From contig OX597825.1 in the NCBI GenBank assembly GCA_951406725.2, positions 3,286,001-3,350,000 of the forward strand: a DNA stretch of 64,000 bases. The letters are read 5' to 3'. The position numbers were made by a program, and so were the translations under genes. The stretch comes from Octopus vulgaris (Eukaryota). Shown here in pieces: positions 25,527 to 39,815 of this stretch. A model generated the notes under the pieces. It made no database searches. It worked only from the letters and a program-made list of their open reading frames with translations, and had not been told where the DNA came from. The number at the start of each line of letters is the position of its first letter. Position 1 is the stretch's first letter.

Positions 25527-25890
25527 CACTCTTACTCTTTTTGCTCTTTTACAAGTTTTCAGTCATTTCACTGCGACCATGCTGGAGTACCGCCTTTAGG
25601 CGAGCAAATCGAGCAAGTGACGGGGACGTAAACACACCAGCATCGGTTGTCAAGCAATGCTAGGGGTACAAACACCGACACACAAACACACACATACATA
25701 CACATATATATATATATACATATATATGACAGGCTTCTTTCAGTTTCCGTCTACCAAATCCACTCACAAGTCATTGGTCGGCCTGGGGCTATAGCAGAAG
25801 ACACTTGCCCAAGATGCCACGCAGTGGGACTGAACCCGGAACCATGTGGTTGGTTAGCAAGCTAGTTACCACACAGCCACTCCTGCGCTT
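25527..25890 (-). mobile_element. tRNA-derived SINE, family A
   Basis: Reverse complement of the 21871 element (gcgcaggagtggctgtgtggtaa...ccgggttcagtcccactgcgtggc), with an internal deletion. Confidence 0.9.
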
Positions 25891-26188
25891 ATATTAAGAA
25901 TCCATCACAAATAACGTTAGAAAATTACACATAAATGAGTGTGTAAAGCTTGTATTCCTTGTTATACTTGTGCATTTTGAATAAAAAGTTTAACGTCGTG
26001 TTATAGCGTATACTACATTTTAGTCAGTTGGTGAATTATAAAGATAGTTGAATTTCATGAATTGATTTAATAGATTCAACAACGGGGTAGATACAATAAC
26101 GTCTTGATGTAGATGTGGCAGATCTTTCGTTTCTGGACTAAGAAAGATGTGGACCAATATTCAACAATAGTATGAAGTGGATTAATGA

Positions 26189-26350
26189 AGTGAGCAGGCA
26201 GAATCTTTAGCAAACTGGGCAAAATGATTAGTGGCTTTCGTTTGTCTTCACGAGCTGAGTTCATATTCCGCTGAGGTCTAGTTCGCCCTCCATCCTTTCG
26301 GAGGTAATTGGCGTAAACACTTCCTATTCGTACCAAAATTTCAAACCAAT
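26189..26350 (+). mobile_element. SINE family D, diverged copy
   Basis: gtgagcaggcagaatctttagca...ctgagttcatattccgctgaggtc...ccatcctttcgg. Confidence 0.75.
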
Positions 26351-27864
26351 AATACAAAGCGGCTCAATGAGGATGAGAGGAAATTTCGTAATGAGACAAC
26401 TAGACTTCTTATTTCTTAAGCAATTGATTATGTTGCAACACATGTAAAGTCACAAAAATATGTCTAAATTTGGCACAAGCGGTGAGGCCAGCGATTATAT
26501 CGAGGACCTGATCAATAGGACGATAGAATATATGTTGCAACCGAGTTTACCTTCACTTGTTTGGGAGAGGATTTTAGATGATTAAGCATGGTTTAATTCT
26601 TTGCTGAGACACGAAACTTCCAATCGGGTCCATATGTATAAGAGAATTTAGATGTCACACGATCAAGTGCTGAAAACATCCGAATGTGTATATGCATGCT
26701 GGCGCACACACGCACACACAAACTCACTCACACACACGCACGCACGCACACACAAACACACACGCACATAACGGACTCACGCGCACACACACAGACACAC
26801 GCACGTTTATCGTGAGCCATTTCCGTATTTCCTATTGAATTACAATTGTTGAAATTCTAAAGCACACAGCCTCACAATATTTTCGACCATCCCTGGATGT
26901 CCTTTTTTTTTGCCATGACCATTTTATGTCGCCCCCCCCCCCATCCTTTCGTCACTCTCGCAGACATTCTCTTTCTTTCTTGCTCCTATTATCAGTTAGG
27001 TTTTCTTCAAAATGTTATCTTTTTTTTTACTCCCTATATTTTTCTTTGACGATCTGTTCGTCTGTCTGTCTGTTTCTCTCTCTCTTCTTTCCAATCCTTG
27101 TTTCATACTGGCACTACTGTTTCCTTCTCTCTCTCTCTCTCTCTCTCGTTTACACATGTTATCACCATCTCTGAGAAACTAATACAAAATTTTCATTGCC
27201 AACGCCTCCAAAATAATAGAGTAAGTAATCCCTTATAATTTACTTAATGATAACGAACATTCATTTGAACAAATAATAAATTACTCAATATTGGTAGGTT
27301 AAAATGTTATTCATAATAATGTGTTAAAGAACGAATATTTGCTATCAACAGATGTCAGTAAAAGAATAAAGAATCTTCTTTGATACTTTCTCCCACGCAA
27401 TCTCTTTATTTGTATTTGTATAATTTATCCTAAAATTCTGTATTTTACTGCCCGCTCTCTCTTTCATGTGTCTTTATTCACCGCACTTCATTTTCTCCCT
27501 GTATTATTAATGAAAACCGAAATGACTCCAGGCAATGGTTCCATTACAAGAGAAATTCAATATGCATAGGGAAAGCATTTCAAGAATAAGGAACGTAGGC
27601 GAAAATCGTATTAATGGCAGTGGAGCGTACATGGCACTACATGGTACTGCATTCAACTCTGCTTGTCAAATTTTTGAATAGTGAATGAAAGAACAAAAAC
27701 AAGGAACCAAACGCGCTGTTCTAGAAGATGTTATAACATCTAGCAACCAAGTCTAATATCAAAATTTAAAGGAATTATTGTGGTCATTTGTTTAAGCTTC
27801 CTGTACTTCGAAATGACATGTATATATTTCGTCATATGTTTTTAGTAAGAAATAAAGTAATCCT

Positions 27865-27990
27865 GATTCTGGCACAGAAATTTTGAAAGGCGGAACTGTG
27901 ACACCGATACCAGTGCTCAGCCGTTACTTACTCTATCGATCTTAGCGGAATATGAATGCAGAACGTAAAGTGCATTTCCTTTGACATGGC
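27865..27990 (-). mobile_element. SINE family D fragment, highly diverged
   Basis: ggcacag..aaattttg...ccagtgctcag..cgttactta.tctatcga...cagaacgtaaag is collinear with other family D copies. Confidence 0.45.
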
Positions 27991-29013
27991 CACGATTCTA
28001 CATATTCGACTTCGAAGTGATGATCATACTACATAAAGATGTACGGAGATTTTTGCACATTTGTTTAGAAAGATATTTATTTAGTATTTTATGAGGTAAT
28101 TTTAAGCTGTATTTTAGTGAATACTTTCTGTAATGTCTATTGGGAATATTGTGTGATAAACAAACATTACTTAATATATGAGTCTGCATACAGATTTTTT
28201 TTTTCTAAACTGATTTATTGTTAGTAGAAAACGTTTGGCAAAATTCTTTTATCGAATCGTGATATAACTGAGCAGAAATCTGAGGAATCTGACAGTTAAT
28301 TGAAAATTGTAGGTTAATAACCTGAGCAGAGTTCATATTTTACAATATAATAAAGAAATATTTGGTAACTCTCTCTCTGTCTTGTAAAACCCGGAGCCTC
28401 TTCCTATGTATGACCCTACAGAAAAAAAAAAACAATGCATCCCCAGGTATGATACGCAGCCATTCTAACATCCTATAAAGGTGATCACCGAAATGATGGG
28501 ACTTATGTTACGTAACTAAATCGGAAGAATTAAATAAAAAACACACAACTGAATATAATATGTAATTGGCTGAGAAAACTTCCAAAAGCATATTTAATAA
28601 AACAAGCATTCATGACTTCAGTGCTGCATAATGTAGATTCCCCCGTGAGTATGAAGACAGATTTGCGCGAAGGAAAAATCAAAATCAAAAGCCCTGCACA
28701 CTACAGTCTATGTGCCTGTTTCTCTTGCATAGCAGACTGAATACGATTGCTTCGATGTTGAATCCTTTGTTCATGCCTAACTTTTATGTCGTCGATATAA
28801 GGATATTCCAACGGTCAGTTCGACACATGATATCGATGTAGTATAAGATTTCTATACACACCGATTTAGTACATGATTCTATTTATAAACTATGCGAATC
28901 ACCAAGCTATCTTCATAAGCATACAGATACACACGAATATTAGAGATACACATGCTTACACATATACATACACACGTTCATTCGCACATCCGCATAAACA
29001 TATGCACAAATGC

Positions 29014-29016
<3 letters not shown>

Positions 29017-29073
<57 letters not shown>

Positions 29074-29097
29074 ATTGTTATTGTTAATGTTATTTTA

Positions 29098-29153
<56 letters not shown>

Positions 29154-29155
29154 CA
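29017..29155. repeat. (TA)n followed by (ATT)n microsatellite
   Basis: Direct reading. Confidence 0.95.
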
Positions 29156-29341
29156 TTGTGTTCATATGTGTCATACTTTGTTACCGACCAGTGAACCGTA
29201 CAAGGATTAATCCACCGGAAGAATTGACTGAGTGACTAACAACAATCAGAGACGTTAAATACGGATCGTTGAGGTTAGATCTTACCTGCAACTTGAGTGA
29301 GAGCTAATACGATATTCATGTCAATAATATCCGCCAGATTG

Positions 29342-29383
<42 letters not shown>

Positions 29384-29566
29384 ACACACACACACACACA
29401 GATATGTGTGTGCATGCAGTGTGTGAGTACGTATGTATGTGCGTATAGATGTATGGGTGTGCTTGTGTCGGTCGGTGTACTTGTGTGGGCGTGTAAGACA
29501 CCAACAAACGTGATGTTTGCTTTCTTATATTCATGAACTGCAACTGTTGTTATATGTATGCATATC

Positions 29567-29744
<178 letters not shown>

Positions 29745-30515
29745 CATGCATCCATACATGCATATATATATATATGTATGGACGTATATTGCTTTAGCCA
29801 TTTTTAGGAGGGAAAATTATTTTTCCAAGAAATGTAATGATTTTCGAATGAAGGAAAGTAAATTTTTTAAATGTAGTGATCTCTTGGGGCAATTATTTCT
29901 AAATGCAAAAATTAATCAAAGAAATTGGTTTTAGATTAGCTTTTCTATTGCTCTTAAGTGGTATTTACGTATTTACTGAGTGAAATAGTAAATAGCGTCG
30001 AGGTTTTTGATATATATTTATTTTCTTCTCGGTGCTATTTCTCATTAATTCTCCTATATCGTTAATGTAATTAATATATTATGTACATTATTACTTATCA
30101 CATTTATTAAATGAACTTCAAAATGTGTAATGGCTTTGTACCGAATGTTTTCCAGCATCGAGTAGAATGTAGAGTTATGTAAATAAATATCTTTAAAATA
30201 TACTTAATGTTAATTTTAATTTAATAACTAAATATTTGACGCTCGTAGAGCGTTAATGAAGATATATTTCTCATAATGAAGAACGGTATGCAGGAGAGAA
30301 TTGAATTCGTTAAAAGATGAATTTTAAAAGTTCCGGCAAAGGAAAATGGATTGAAATTTTGTCAAAATGCACGTAATTTTTTGTAGTGATTTTAAGTTGA
30401 TTACCATAATTCCAGTGTCCAATTGATATTAAGTTTCTGGACAGTGTAAGGATGAAATGCAAAATCGAATTTGACGGAATTGAAACTCACAATCCCGCTG
30501 TAGTAACGATTCTGC

Positions 30516-30532
30516 TAATAATAATAATAATG

Positions 30533-30617
<85 letters not shown>

Positions 30618-30814
30618 TATGTACTATAAGTACAAAGCTTGAAACCTTGAGAGTGGTGGTGCCAATGATCAACATCGACGTGCTGGAATGCTGCTTATTT
30701 TCTGGAACCGAAAGTATGAAATACAAAGTAGACCTTTTGGGAATTTAAACTGAAAACGTAAAGATGGGCGGACCCTACTTGCGATTTTGCCAGTCACAGA
30801 CCTCTATTGACATT

Positions 30815-30869
<55 letters not shown>

Positions 30870-31220
30870 GTTTAAAATTTAGATTCAAGGGCAGAAATTT
30901 TAGTGGGAGGAATGAGTTGATTACAGCGATCGCAGTATTGACCCCCATAGGATGAAGAGTAAAGTCGACCTTGGAACCAAGATAATAGTAATAGCAGCAA
31001 TAATAAAAATCGATTAAAATTTTGGCAGAAGGACAGCAAGTTTAGGTGAGTGGGTTAGTCAGTTTCATTGATATTAGTTTTTGAAAGTTATTTTATCGAC
31101 CTCAAAAGGATAAAAATAAAAGTCGGTCTCGGAGGAATTTGAACTCAGAACATAAAGACAGGTGAAATACCGCTAAGTATTTTGTCCGGCGCGGTAATGG
31201 TTCTATCAGCAAGTTGCCTT
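30516..31220 (-). mobile_element. Cluster of three SINE family D copies separated by (AAT)n tails
   Basis: Copies at about 30615-30800, 30868-30976 and 31015-31220 (aaagtcgacc/aaagtcggtctcggaggaatttgaactcagaac). Each has an (AAT)-rich tract on its 3' (left) side. Confidence 0.75.
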
Positions 31221-32374
31221 ATGAACAAGAAACAAATTCAAAGAGAACAACGTAGCTTAAATTGATTTCCTATATTTAGTAAAATTTGAAATGAACTCAT
31301 TCTATGAGAATGCTGTCACTGGTACCCAAGTTTCTTCTTCATTATATATGAGACTCAGAAAACAGTGATTCGTACCGTTTATGTTGAGCAATAAAAAGTA
31401 CACAAAATAAAGTCTGTGAATAGGGTAGGTGTATCCTTTCAACAATTTTGGCAGATATATTTTGAATCCCTCCTGAAAATATAAGAATTATATAAATTGG
31501 AGATTATTGTAAAAGGGAAATATCTAATTTCGATTTCTTCGAATTTCCTGACAGTGAGATAAAAATTTGTCTACAAAGGAAGTAATATTTTCTTTGTAAA
31601 CACATGTTCGACAATTTCGTTTCAAATTATTTAAAAGTGAATATGCACTTTAACTTGGTAATCTCAAGAGAAATTTAAACATATAAATGATCTTACCGTT
31701 CAATAAATACATAAAGATAGTTCTTGGATATTATAGCAGATAATATACTTTAAACAAAGGTGAGTAAGTGTGTTTTATTTACTAATATTATCTCATTCGC
31801 TGCAATATATCAAATATGCCCAAAATATAACAAAGCTTTATCAATGATACAATATTCCAATTGCCACACACAAAACGCAATGTACTATACGGAGAAGATT
31901 ATTCTGGTTTTGTTTTTTTTCATTGCTCAAACATTGAACTTGTATCTGAGTTGAAATCTTGTTACTACGTATTGACTTGGTCGCACTGACATATTCTATT
32001 TTGATATTCCTCTAATTGAACTAGCGAGCGTTTTATATATCTCAAAGTGATTGGGGAAAACGTATGATTTCATAACCAGCGTTATCACTAATTTCATCAT
32101 ACTGCTTTGTCCCAATATGGTTGCCTATTTTCTGAAAGTAGTATACTCATTTCTATAGAATTAAATGTTCTCTTTAAAGTTTGGTAGAACATCTCTGATG
32201 TTATATTGCATTTGTAAGCTCAGGGAGTATGATGCTATAGATGCCGTGTCAATAGCATGGCATCTATAAAGACGGAAAGCAAAGACGAAAACACAACACT
32301 ATAAAGTTTTCGAATAACATGGAGTGCTGTTTCTATTTTAGTTTTCTTAATTAATCTATTTTTTGCAAGGAATT

Positions 32375-32498
<124 letters not shown>

Positions 32499-33849
32499 CA
32501 TGTATGTATAAGTTTCCTGAGAATTCCTTCAATATGTTAGGCACTCAACTGATTAATGTACAGCTTCAAGTTTAATATAGATCTTGGGAAGCCAATTTAT
32601 TTATCAGCTAACAATTTTTTTAGCTGTATACAGAAAACACTCTCAGAAGTTTGTCATGTGAACTGAAGTGTGTTTTGGATAATAATTTAACGACTTTTTT
32701 CTTTTTCCTTTTTTTCTTTTTTTTCTGCTTTTGAGCTTAGAAATATTTTTATAGAATCACTAAGTATACAAAAGCGGAAAGAAAACCCCTTAACAATGCA
32801 TGTTGTTAGATAAACGTGCTTCACTTGTTGATGTCTGCTTCATCCAGGTAGAGAGCGAACAAGGCTATGTATAATCAATTACCTTCCAACAACTAACTTT
32901 ATCGATTTCAGCATTGATCTTCTCTTGCTATTGGCTGAGGTGTGTTTCTATTGCTGGCTTTGGCTCCTGGCATGATAACCTTGTCAGACTCTACTCAATA
33001 CACACTGTAGGTTTTAGTATCAATCACAATGATTTTGAATTGAATCGTGAGATATGCTATCCTTTTGATTAATGAAGAAAAACGTTTTTTGTTTCGGTCT
33101 CCATCTTGTCGGAAATCTTGTCATATTTATATGTACTTTTATTGAATTAGTTTTTAAAGTTATAAAGATTTCGTTCACCTCTTTCATTATACGAGAAATA
33201 TTTGATATTAGAATATAAGTGTTTGTTTATAATTTCGCAGTTGCTCCATAAATAAGTTTCTTCTGATAGAAAAGATTTATTTCTTTATCGATAGTTTAGG
33301 GAAAAATACAAAATATGAATAGAATATTTCGACATGACTTTACTTTAGTATTGATCAAACAACAACAAATCACTGACAAAAAGATATTTGTTGAAGAAAC
33401 TAAAGAGACTGTATGTTTTTGTTTTAGTACTTATGTCGCGCCAAATTGCCGGGAGAAAGATACACATTTTTAACAAATATAAAATCTATGTTTCATTTGT
33501 AAGGATACAAAATACGTTTTTAAAAATGTCAATAAAATGCCAAAGATTCAATAAATATATTTCGGGTGTAATAGAATTTATAAAACCTACCAGGATTAAC
33601 TTTTCATTGAGATTTTATTTGTAACTGGCTTTTGTATCGTCACCCTTGTGATATTCGAGAAGGCAAACACTCAACCTCAATTTGCAATGACACCAGGACG
33701 ACATACTCTGAAACGAATATACGAGCTATAAAAATAACTTGACTGTTGCCCGTTTTGTCAAGGACGACTGTTATGATATGAGACCACAAACTTGACTATT
33801 ATCGACTCGGAAATTATGACAGAATCAGGCATGCAAGTGTTCCGTCATT

Positions 33850-34300
33850 TATGATAACATAAAATTTTAAAAAAACATATGGACACAAATGTAAAAGCTG
33901 TACCTGGACCTGCAACACGCCACACTACCCCAAAATAGATCTGCTAAGGACAGCTCGCATCCTACGCAATACATTATCAATTCAGTAATACAATTTAAAC
34001 AAAGCAATCTACAAACACAAGACACACGGTACATAGTTAATATCCAGTACATTAAACAACCACCAGTATGCTAGATACCCAACACATTACACACATTACA
34101 CACATAAGAGACGACACACACGCACTAATAGCTCCAAATATTGCTGCAGAACCCATGATAAAAGCAAATGACGCAAAACAATACCCGGAAGTGTTTTCTC
34201 CAACAACGGTAACGAAAACACAATACTACACCCACCCTCAGCATCACAGAGATGTATGAGGTGACGCAATAGAAATTTGCCTCATACAGCCAACAGTTAA
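33850..34300 (+). mobile_element. R4/Dong-like non-LTR 3' end, old copy
   Basis: KKHMDTNVKAVPGP...KIDLLRTARILRNTLSIQ*, the same C-terminal motif as at 2320 and 53700. An AC-rich UTR and AAC/AAT repeats follow. Confidence 0.65.
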
Positions 34301-34351
34301 AACAACAACAATAACAACAATAATGATAAGAAGAAGCAGGAGAAGAAACAA

Positions 34352-34389
34352 TGTTATTATTATTATAATTACTATTATTGTTGTGATTA

Positions 34390-34480
<91 letters not shown>

Positions 34481-34539
34481 CATTATCATCATCATCATCA
34501 CCATCTTCGTCACCATCATCATCATCATCATCACCACCA

Positions 34540-34630
<91 letters not shown>
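34352..34630. repeat. (ATT)n/(ATC)n/(ACC) compound microsatellite
   Basis: Direct reading. Confidence 0.97.
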
Positions 34631-35212
34631 GTCAAACAAGATAATCGTTTTAATCAAAAAACATATTTCTACTATGTTTGTTACGGTCATCCCTTTTAAT
34701 CACAGTGTAGACAAACTGCTACTCCCTCGGCTTCCCTACCACTTTCATCATTACCACTAATACTGTTCCTATTATTACAAGGATCATGTAATAACAGATT
34801 GCCCATATCTTTCTCATTGTTTCCCTTTGACCGAATCATACGTTTTCTCCTACTGATGTGATGAAAAATTACTGCTGCAGGCCAAGCTAGCAGTTTACTA
34901 CATGAAAGACTTATTTAGTTCTTGTCAAATAATATATGTTTTACCAATTTAGCAAGAGCTATAAACTTTCAGGAAGAACGAAAACTTATATATTATACAT
35001 AGGGGCATACTGATAAAACGTGTGTATAGCCAATAGCAAGTTGCATTTAAAATTAATAGTATTCATTTCATGGGAATGTGATAAACTTAAATTGAAGTCT
35101 GACAGCTATAATAAAAATGTGAAAATGTTAGGCCGCTGAAAGATAAGGCCCTCCATAACATTAAATTTTACCACGTTCAGATGTGTTTATCACCTTAATA
35201 AATCTCAATTTT

Positions 35213-35468
35213 CATATATACACGTGTATACATATATACAAGTGTGCATATATAAATATATAAATTATACATATATGAATATATATTGAATATATGAGTG
35301 TGTGTAGATATATATATAACGTATGGGTATATATGTGTGTGTGTATTGTGTATCCCTGCATGTATATATCTATATCTATATATACATATAAATACATATA
35401 TATATATATACTTATATATATATATACATACAGACAGACATGTATATACATACGTTTATAACTGTATG

Positions 35469-35499
<31 letters not shown>

Positions 35500-35506
35500 A
35501 TATATG

Positions 35507-35550
<44 letters not shown>

Positions 35551-35720
35551 AATATGTATGTATGTATGTATATGTACGTATGTATACATATCTTAGATCT
35601 GTGCTTGTTTGTTTGTATATTAAATATATACATATATACATATGTGTGTGTGTGCGTGTGTGCATGTGTGTGTATGTTTGTGAGTGTATGCGTGCGGGGA
35701 GGCATACATATGTGTGTGTA
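35213..35720. repeat. Degenerate TA/TG microsatellite field
   Basis: Direct reading. Confidence 0.9.
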
Positions 35721-36095
35721 CCTGTTTAGAAATATGGATATACTTATGAGAGTATGTTTTGAGTTTCTGTATCAACAATTTTCTTCAAAGTATTTGAGAT
35801 ACTAAAAGTAATTTTTTTGTTTCTTATATAAATCAATCATAACGTGACTTTTCTTTTCTTTAATATATTTTCATTTATTGAAATGATAATGATGTTGATG
35901 ATAAAAAAAAATTCTATGTATTCTCTTTTCTTCTCTGTCGTTCAATTCTTCCTCCTCTTATCATTCCACTCTTACTAACCGTTCTTCCTCTTCATGCGAA
36001 AGACATACCTTTGGTTTTTTTTTATTATTCATCATTTATCACCATCACGATTACGCACCACAACAGCAACAACATCAATGGTGATATACATGACG

Positions 36096-36282
<187 letters not shown>

Positions 36283-37494
36283 CAGCATCCACAATAATGA
36301 TAACGACAATTACAAAATCAACAATAATAATAATGATAATAATAGTAATAATATCAATTTAAAAAATCAGTTTGTCGTAGCTGTTGTTTACACAGTAATT
36401 GCATACCTGAACTTTGTCAGATATTAATATTTCAAATTTCAAACAATCATATGGAATAACGCTGCAATTAACTCTAAAATGATTTCTTATAAATGAAAAC
36501 ATTTTAATGAGGTTATATAAAAATCTGACAAGGATAATAAATTTATTTTCTTAATGAAGATTTATTTTGCATTTAATTTCTCTGATATAATTGTTTTTCT
36601 TTATCGCATTGTTTGAGTCTTCCCCACTTTTTTTAATATCTCCCTATCATGATTCAAGTATATTTATCTGATGCAATAGCTTGATAATTTTCATTTATCC
36701 AAAGAAAGGCTTAATGGAATGTTAATATCTTACATTGTTGCCGTACGTGGTTTTTTTTTTTGTGGAAGTCGTACATAAACAACTATAAATCTTATAAGAT
36801 ATTTAGCTGATTCGTCCAATGAAGTCTAAGTTTGACAAATGTAGAGCTTAAAAACACAATCGCAAATTAGTAATTATTCATTAATTAACAACAAAATAAG
36901 GATTTTATTTTTGGAAGAATGATTATATAAACTCCAATATTGAATTCTATTATCTTCTATGCAACGAGGAGCGTCGATGTCCATCCGTATATGATGTGAC
37001 TTGATTCGATTTCGATGTGTACTTTTTCCTCTATCACTTTGGTTTTACTGTCAGGAGTTAATATAGCACCTGAGGCTTCGATTATAGAACCTAGTTGGTA
37101 TCTCGGCAAAAATGTGGTTTACTGAAATAGAAAGAAAAAAATGACAATGACAATAGTGATTTCATCGGTTATATTTCAGTGTGTAAGCAGAGATTCGCCG
37201 GTTTGCTATGGCTTGTTCATACGATGACCAAACTCAGAATTTCTATATAACAAAAAATTTACATGATCGAAAGTTCAATAACTTCATAGGTGCAGAACCA
37301 GTTACGATTTGGGATGAAAGTGTAGTTTGTTATATCAGCATTAGTCCTCAAATGTAAAATAATGATAAAATCTATTAGATGTAAGCCATAATCTAATAGT
37401 CGAAATCATCTAAATAATGCGTATTATTTTTCTGAGTCAACATAAGATGCGGAGTTGCATAAGACAATACTTAAAAGCACAAAGTTACAAAATG

Positions 37495-37560
37495 TTTCGT
37501 TGCGTCTTGCAAACTTTTCAATAGTCTTCACTATTGAAAAGATTGCAAGACGCATCGAAA
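37495..37560. repeat. 31-bp inverted repeat with a 4-nt loop
   Basis: tttcgttgcgtcttgcaaacttttcaatagt-cttc-actattgaaaagattgcaagacgcatcgaaa; 29 of 31 positions pair. Confidence 0.92.
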
Positions 37561-38355
37561 ATGTTCGGAAAATAAAAATAAGAAATTTGTGGAAATTTTA
37601 CCAGTGAGTGTGTTAAATTATGAGGCACAAAACGAATGTAAACTTCGGCTGAACAAAATAAAGACTGTTTTCCAAGTGCAACACCTAATGTATGTTGATG
37701 TCATAAAAATGGATACAGAGGCGTTTCATAGTAAAGCAGATGCAATTACTCTGAAAGAGAGTCAGAAGTGAACTTGTTAAATATCAATTATTTGCTTTTA
37801 TAGAGATTTATCGGTTTAGTGTGATGGATCCATAATTGCATTTAAAACTATAGTTGAAGTATTGAATTAAACAACCTCATAAAGAGATTTACTAATTCAT
37901 ATTTTCTTTGCAATCGCATCAATACCTTTGCTTCTATAAAATATGTATAAATTCTAACTTGCTTTTACGTCAAGAATCTCATGTTACTTAAGCGTCACGC
38001 GAAGCATTACATTTCACGAAATTTAAATGCAGTAATATGAAGCTGAAATATAATGATATGAAGTATTTTCTCGAACTTATCTTTATTTAACAACTTCACA
38101 CTGGGTCGTAACACATATAACGGATTCTAAATATATAAATCATTTCTCAAGAAAATTATGAAATGAGGATCGTGGTAAGTAGGTAAGAATATAAAACAAC
38201 CGACACGACTATGACTCGTATCCATAACACTTTCACATTCCATCAATGTCCATGCACTTACGTATGTATGTATTTATTTATCTATACATGTGTCTATCAT
38301 TCAGACTATCGATCTAAAATTGTATCTGTATATATTTATATATTTATCTATCTGT

Positions 38356-38401
<46 letters not shown>

Positions 38402-38445
38402 CCCCCATACAGACACCCCCCATATATATATATATATATATAAGA

Positions 38446-38518
38446 AAAAAGGAAAATACGCACACTTACATAGTTTTAATATAATTTTTAATATATAAAT
38501 GTGCGTATTTTCCTTTTT
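38446..38518. repeat. 27-bp inverted repeat with a 19-nt spacer
   Basis: aaaaaggaaaatacgcacacttacata / tatataaatgtgcgtattttccttttt; 25 of 27 positions are Watson-Crick pairs. Confidence 0.9.
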
Positions 38519-38653
38519 ATAATTTCTTATATACATTACAACTCACTACGTGGGGATAATCGAAATTCCTCTTTTCTGTTACTACTATCACTATATATAT
38601 ACACACACACACACACACATATTATATATGTTATGTATATATATACATTATAC

Positions 38654-38716
<63 letters not shown>

Positions 38717-39265
38717 GTATATACATACATACATGCACATGCACATCACACACATGTCTATGTGTTTCAGATAAGGAACAAATTTTCTATATTAAGAAAA
38801 AGGATGTAGTCAGAAGTTTGGATAATTATTAATTAGCACTTTCGTTTCGTTCGTTTCCAAGATTTATCAGATATTTAGCCTTGTTATATGAATCTGGAAA
38901 GGTTTTTTCTTTTGTTTCCTACTCATGTGGGGTGTATGTGGATGTATGTGTGTAGAGAGTTTGTGGGTGTAAATGTATGTGCGCATGTGTAGATATATGC
39001 GCTTATGAATGTGCGGGCATAACGCGCGTGGAAGGGTGTGAATGTAAGTGTTTGAGTGCAAGTATGTGTGTGTTTGAGAACCCCGAGAAGACAGGCCAGT
39101 GAAAGCAAAAAATGGAAGCAGACACAGAAAGAGAGACAAGAAGATAAACATTATTGGAAGACGTGAAAGTGAAATGAGAGCACAAATAATGAAAGAAATG
39201 GAGGACGAAGAAAGAAAAAAGAATAAAAGAAAGAACCAATTAATGAATGAATGTATGAATTCGAG

Positions 39266-39307
<42 letters not shown>

Positions 39308-39784
39308 GAAAGAGGTCAGTCGTAACAGGTTTTAGAACGAAATGCCATTTTGAAATGTCAATCTCATTTTGATTATTTTCAAGGCATCTCTCCTTATATA
39401 TTTCTCTCTTTACATGAATGTGTATGTAAGCATGTGTGTGTGTGTGTGTGTGTTGAAATTTAGGAGGTTAAGACAGAGGGAAAAGGAAACAAAGAAAAAA
39501 AGAAACAAACAAAGAAACAAAGGAAGAGAAAGGGAGAGAGAGTGAGAGAGTGAGAAAGGAGCTCCTGGTTTAAATTATATTCTAGTCAAATGGTCAGCTT
39601 GTTAAAGCTGTGACAGCGAAAGATGTCAAGTTTGTTTTAGTCATCATTTTGAAACCATCCTTCACTCTCTCATTCTCTGTTATTTTCTCTTTCTTTGTTT
39701 CGTTCTCTCTCTCTTAATAATACCTGAGCGCCAATTTACGCATACATACTCACATATATACACAAAATACAATATATAACACTT

Positions 39785-39815
<31 letters not shown>

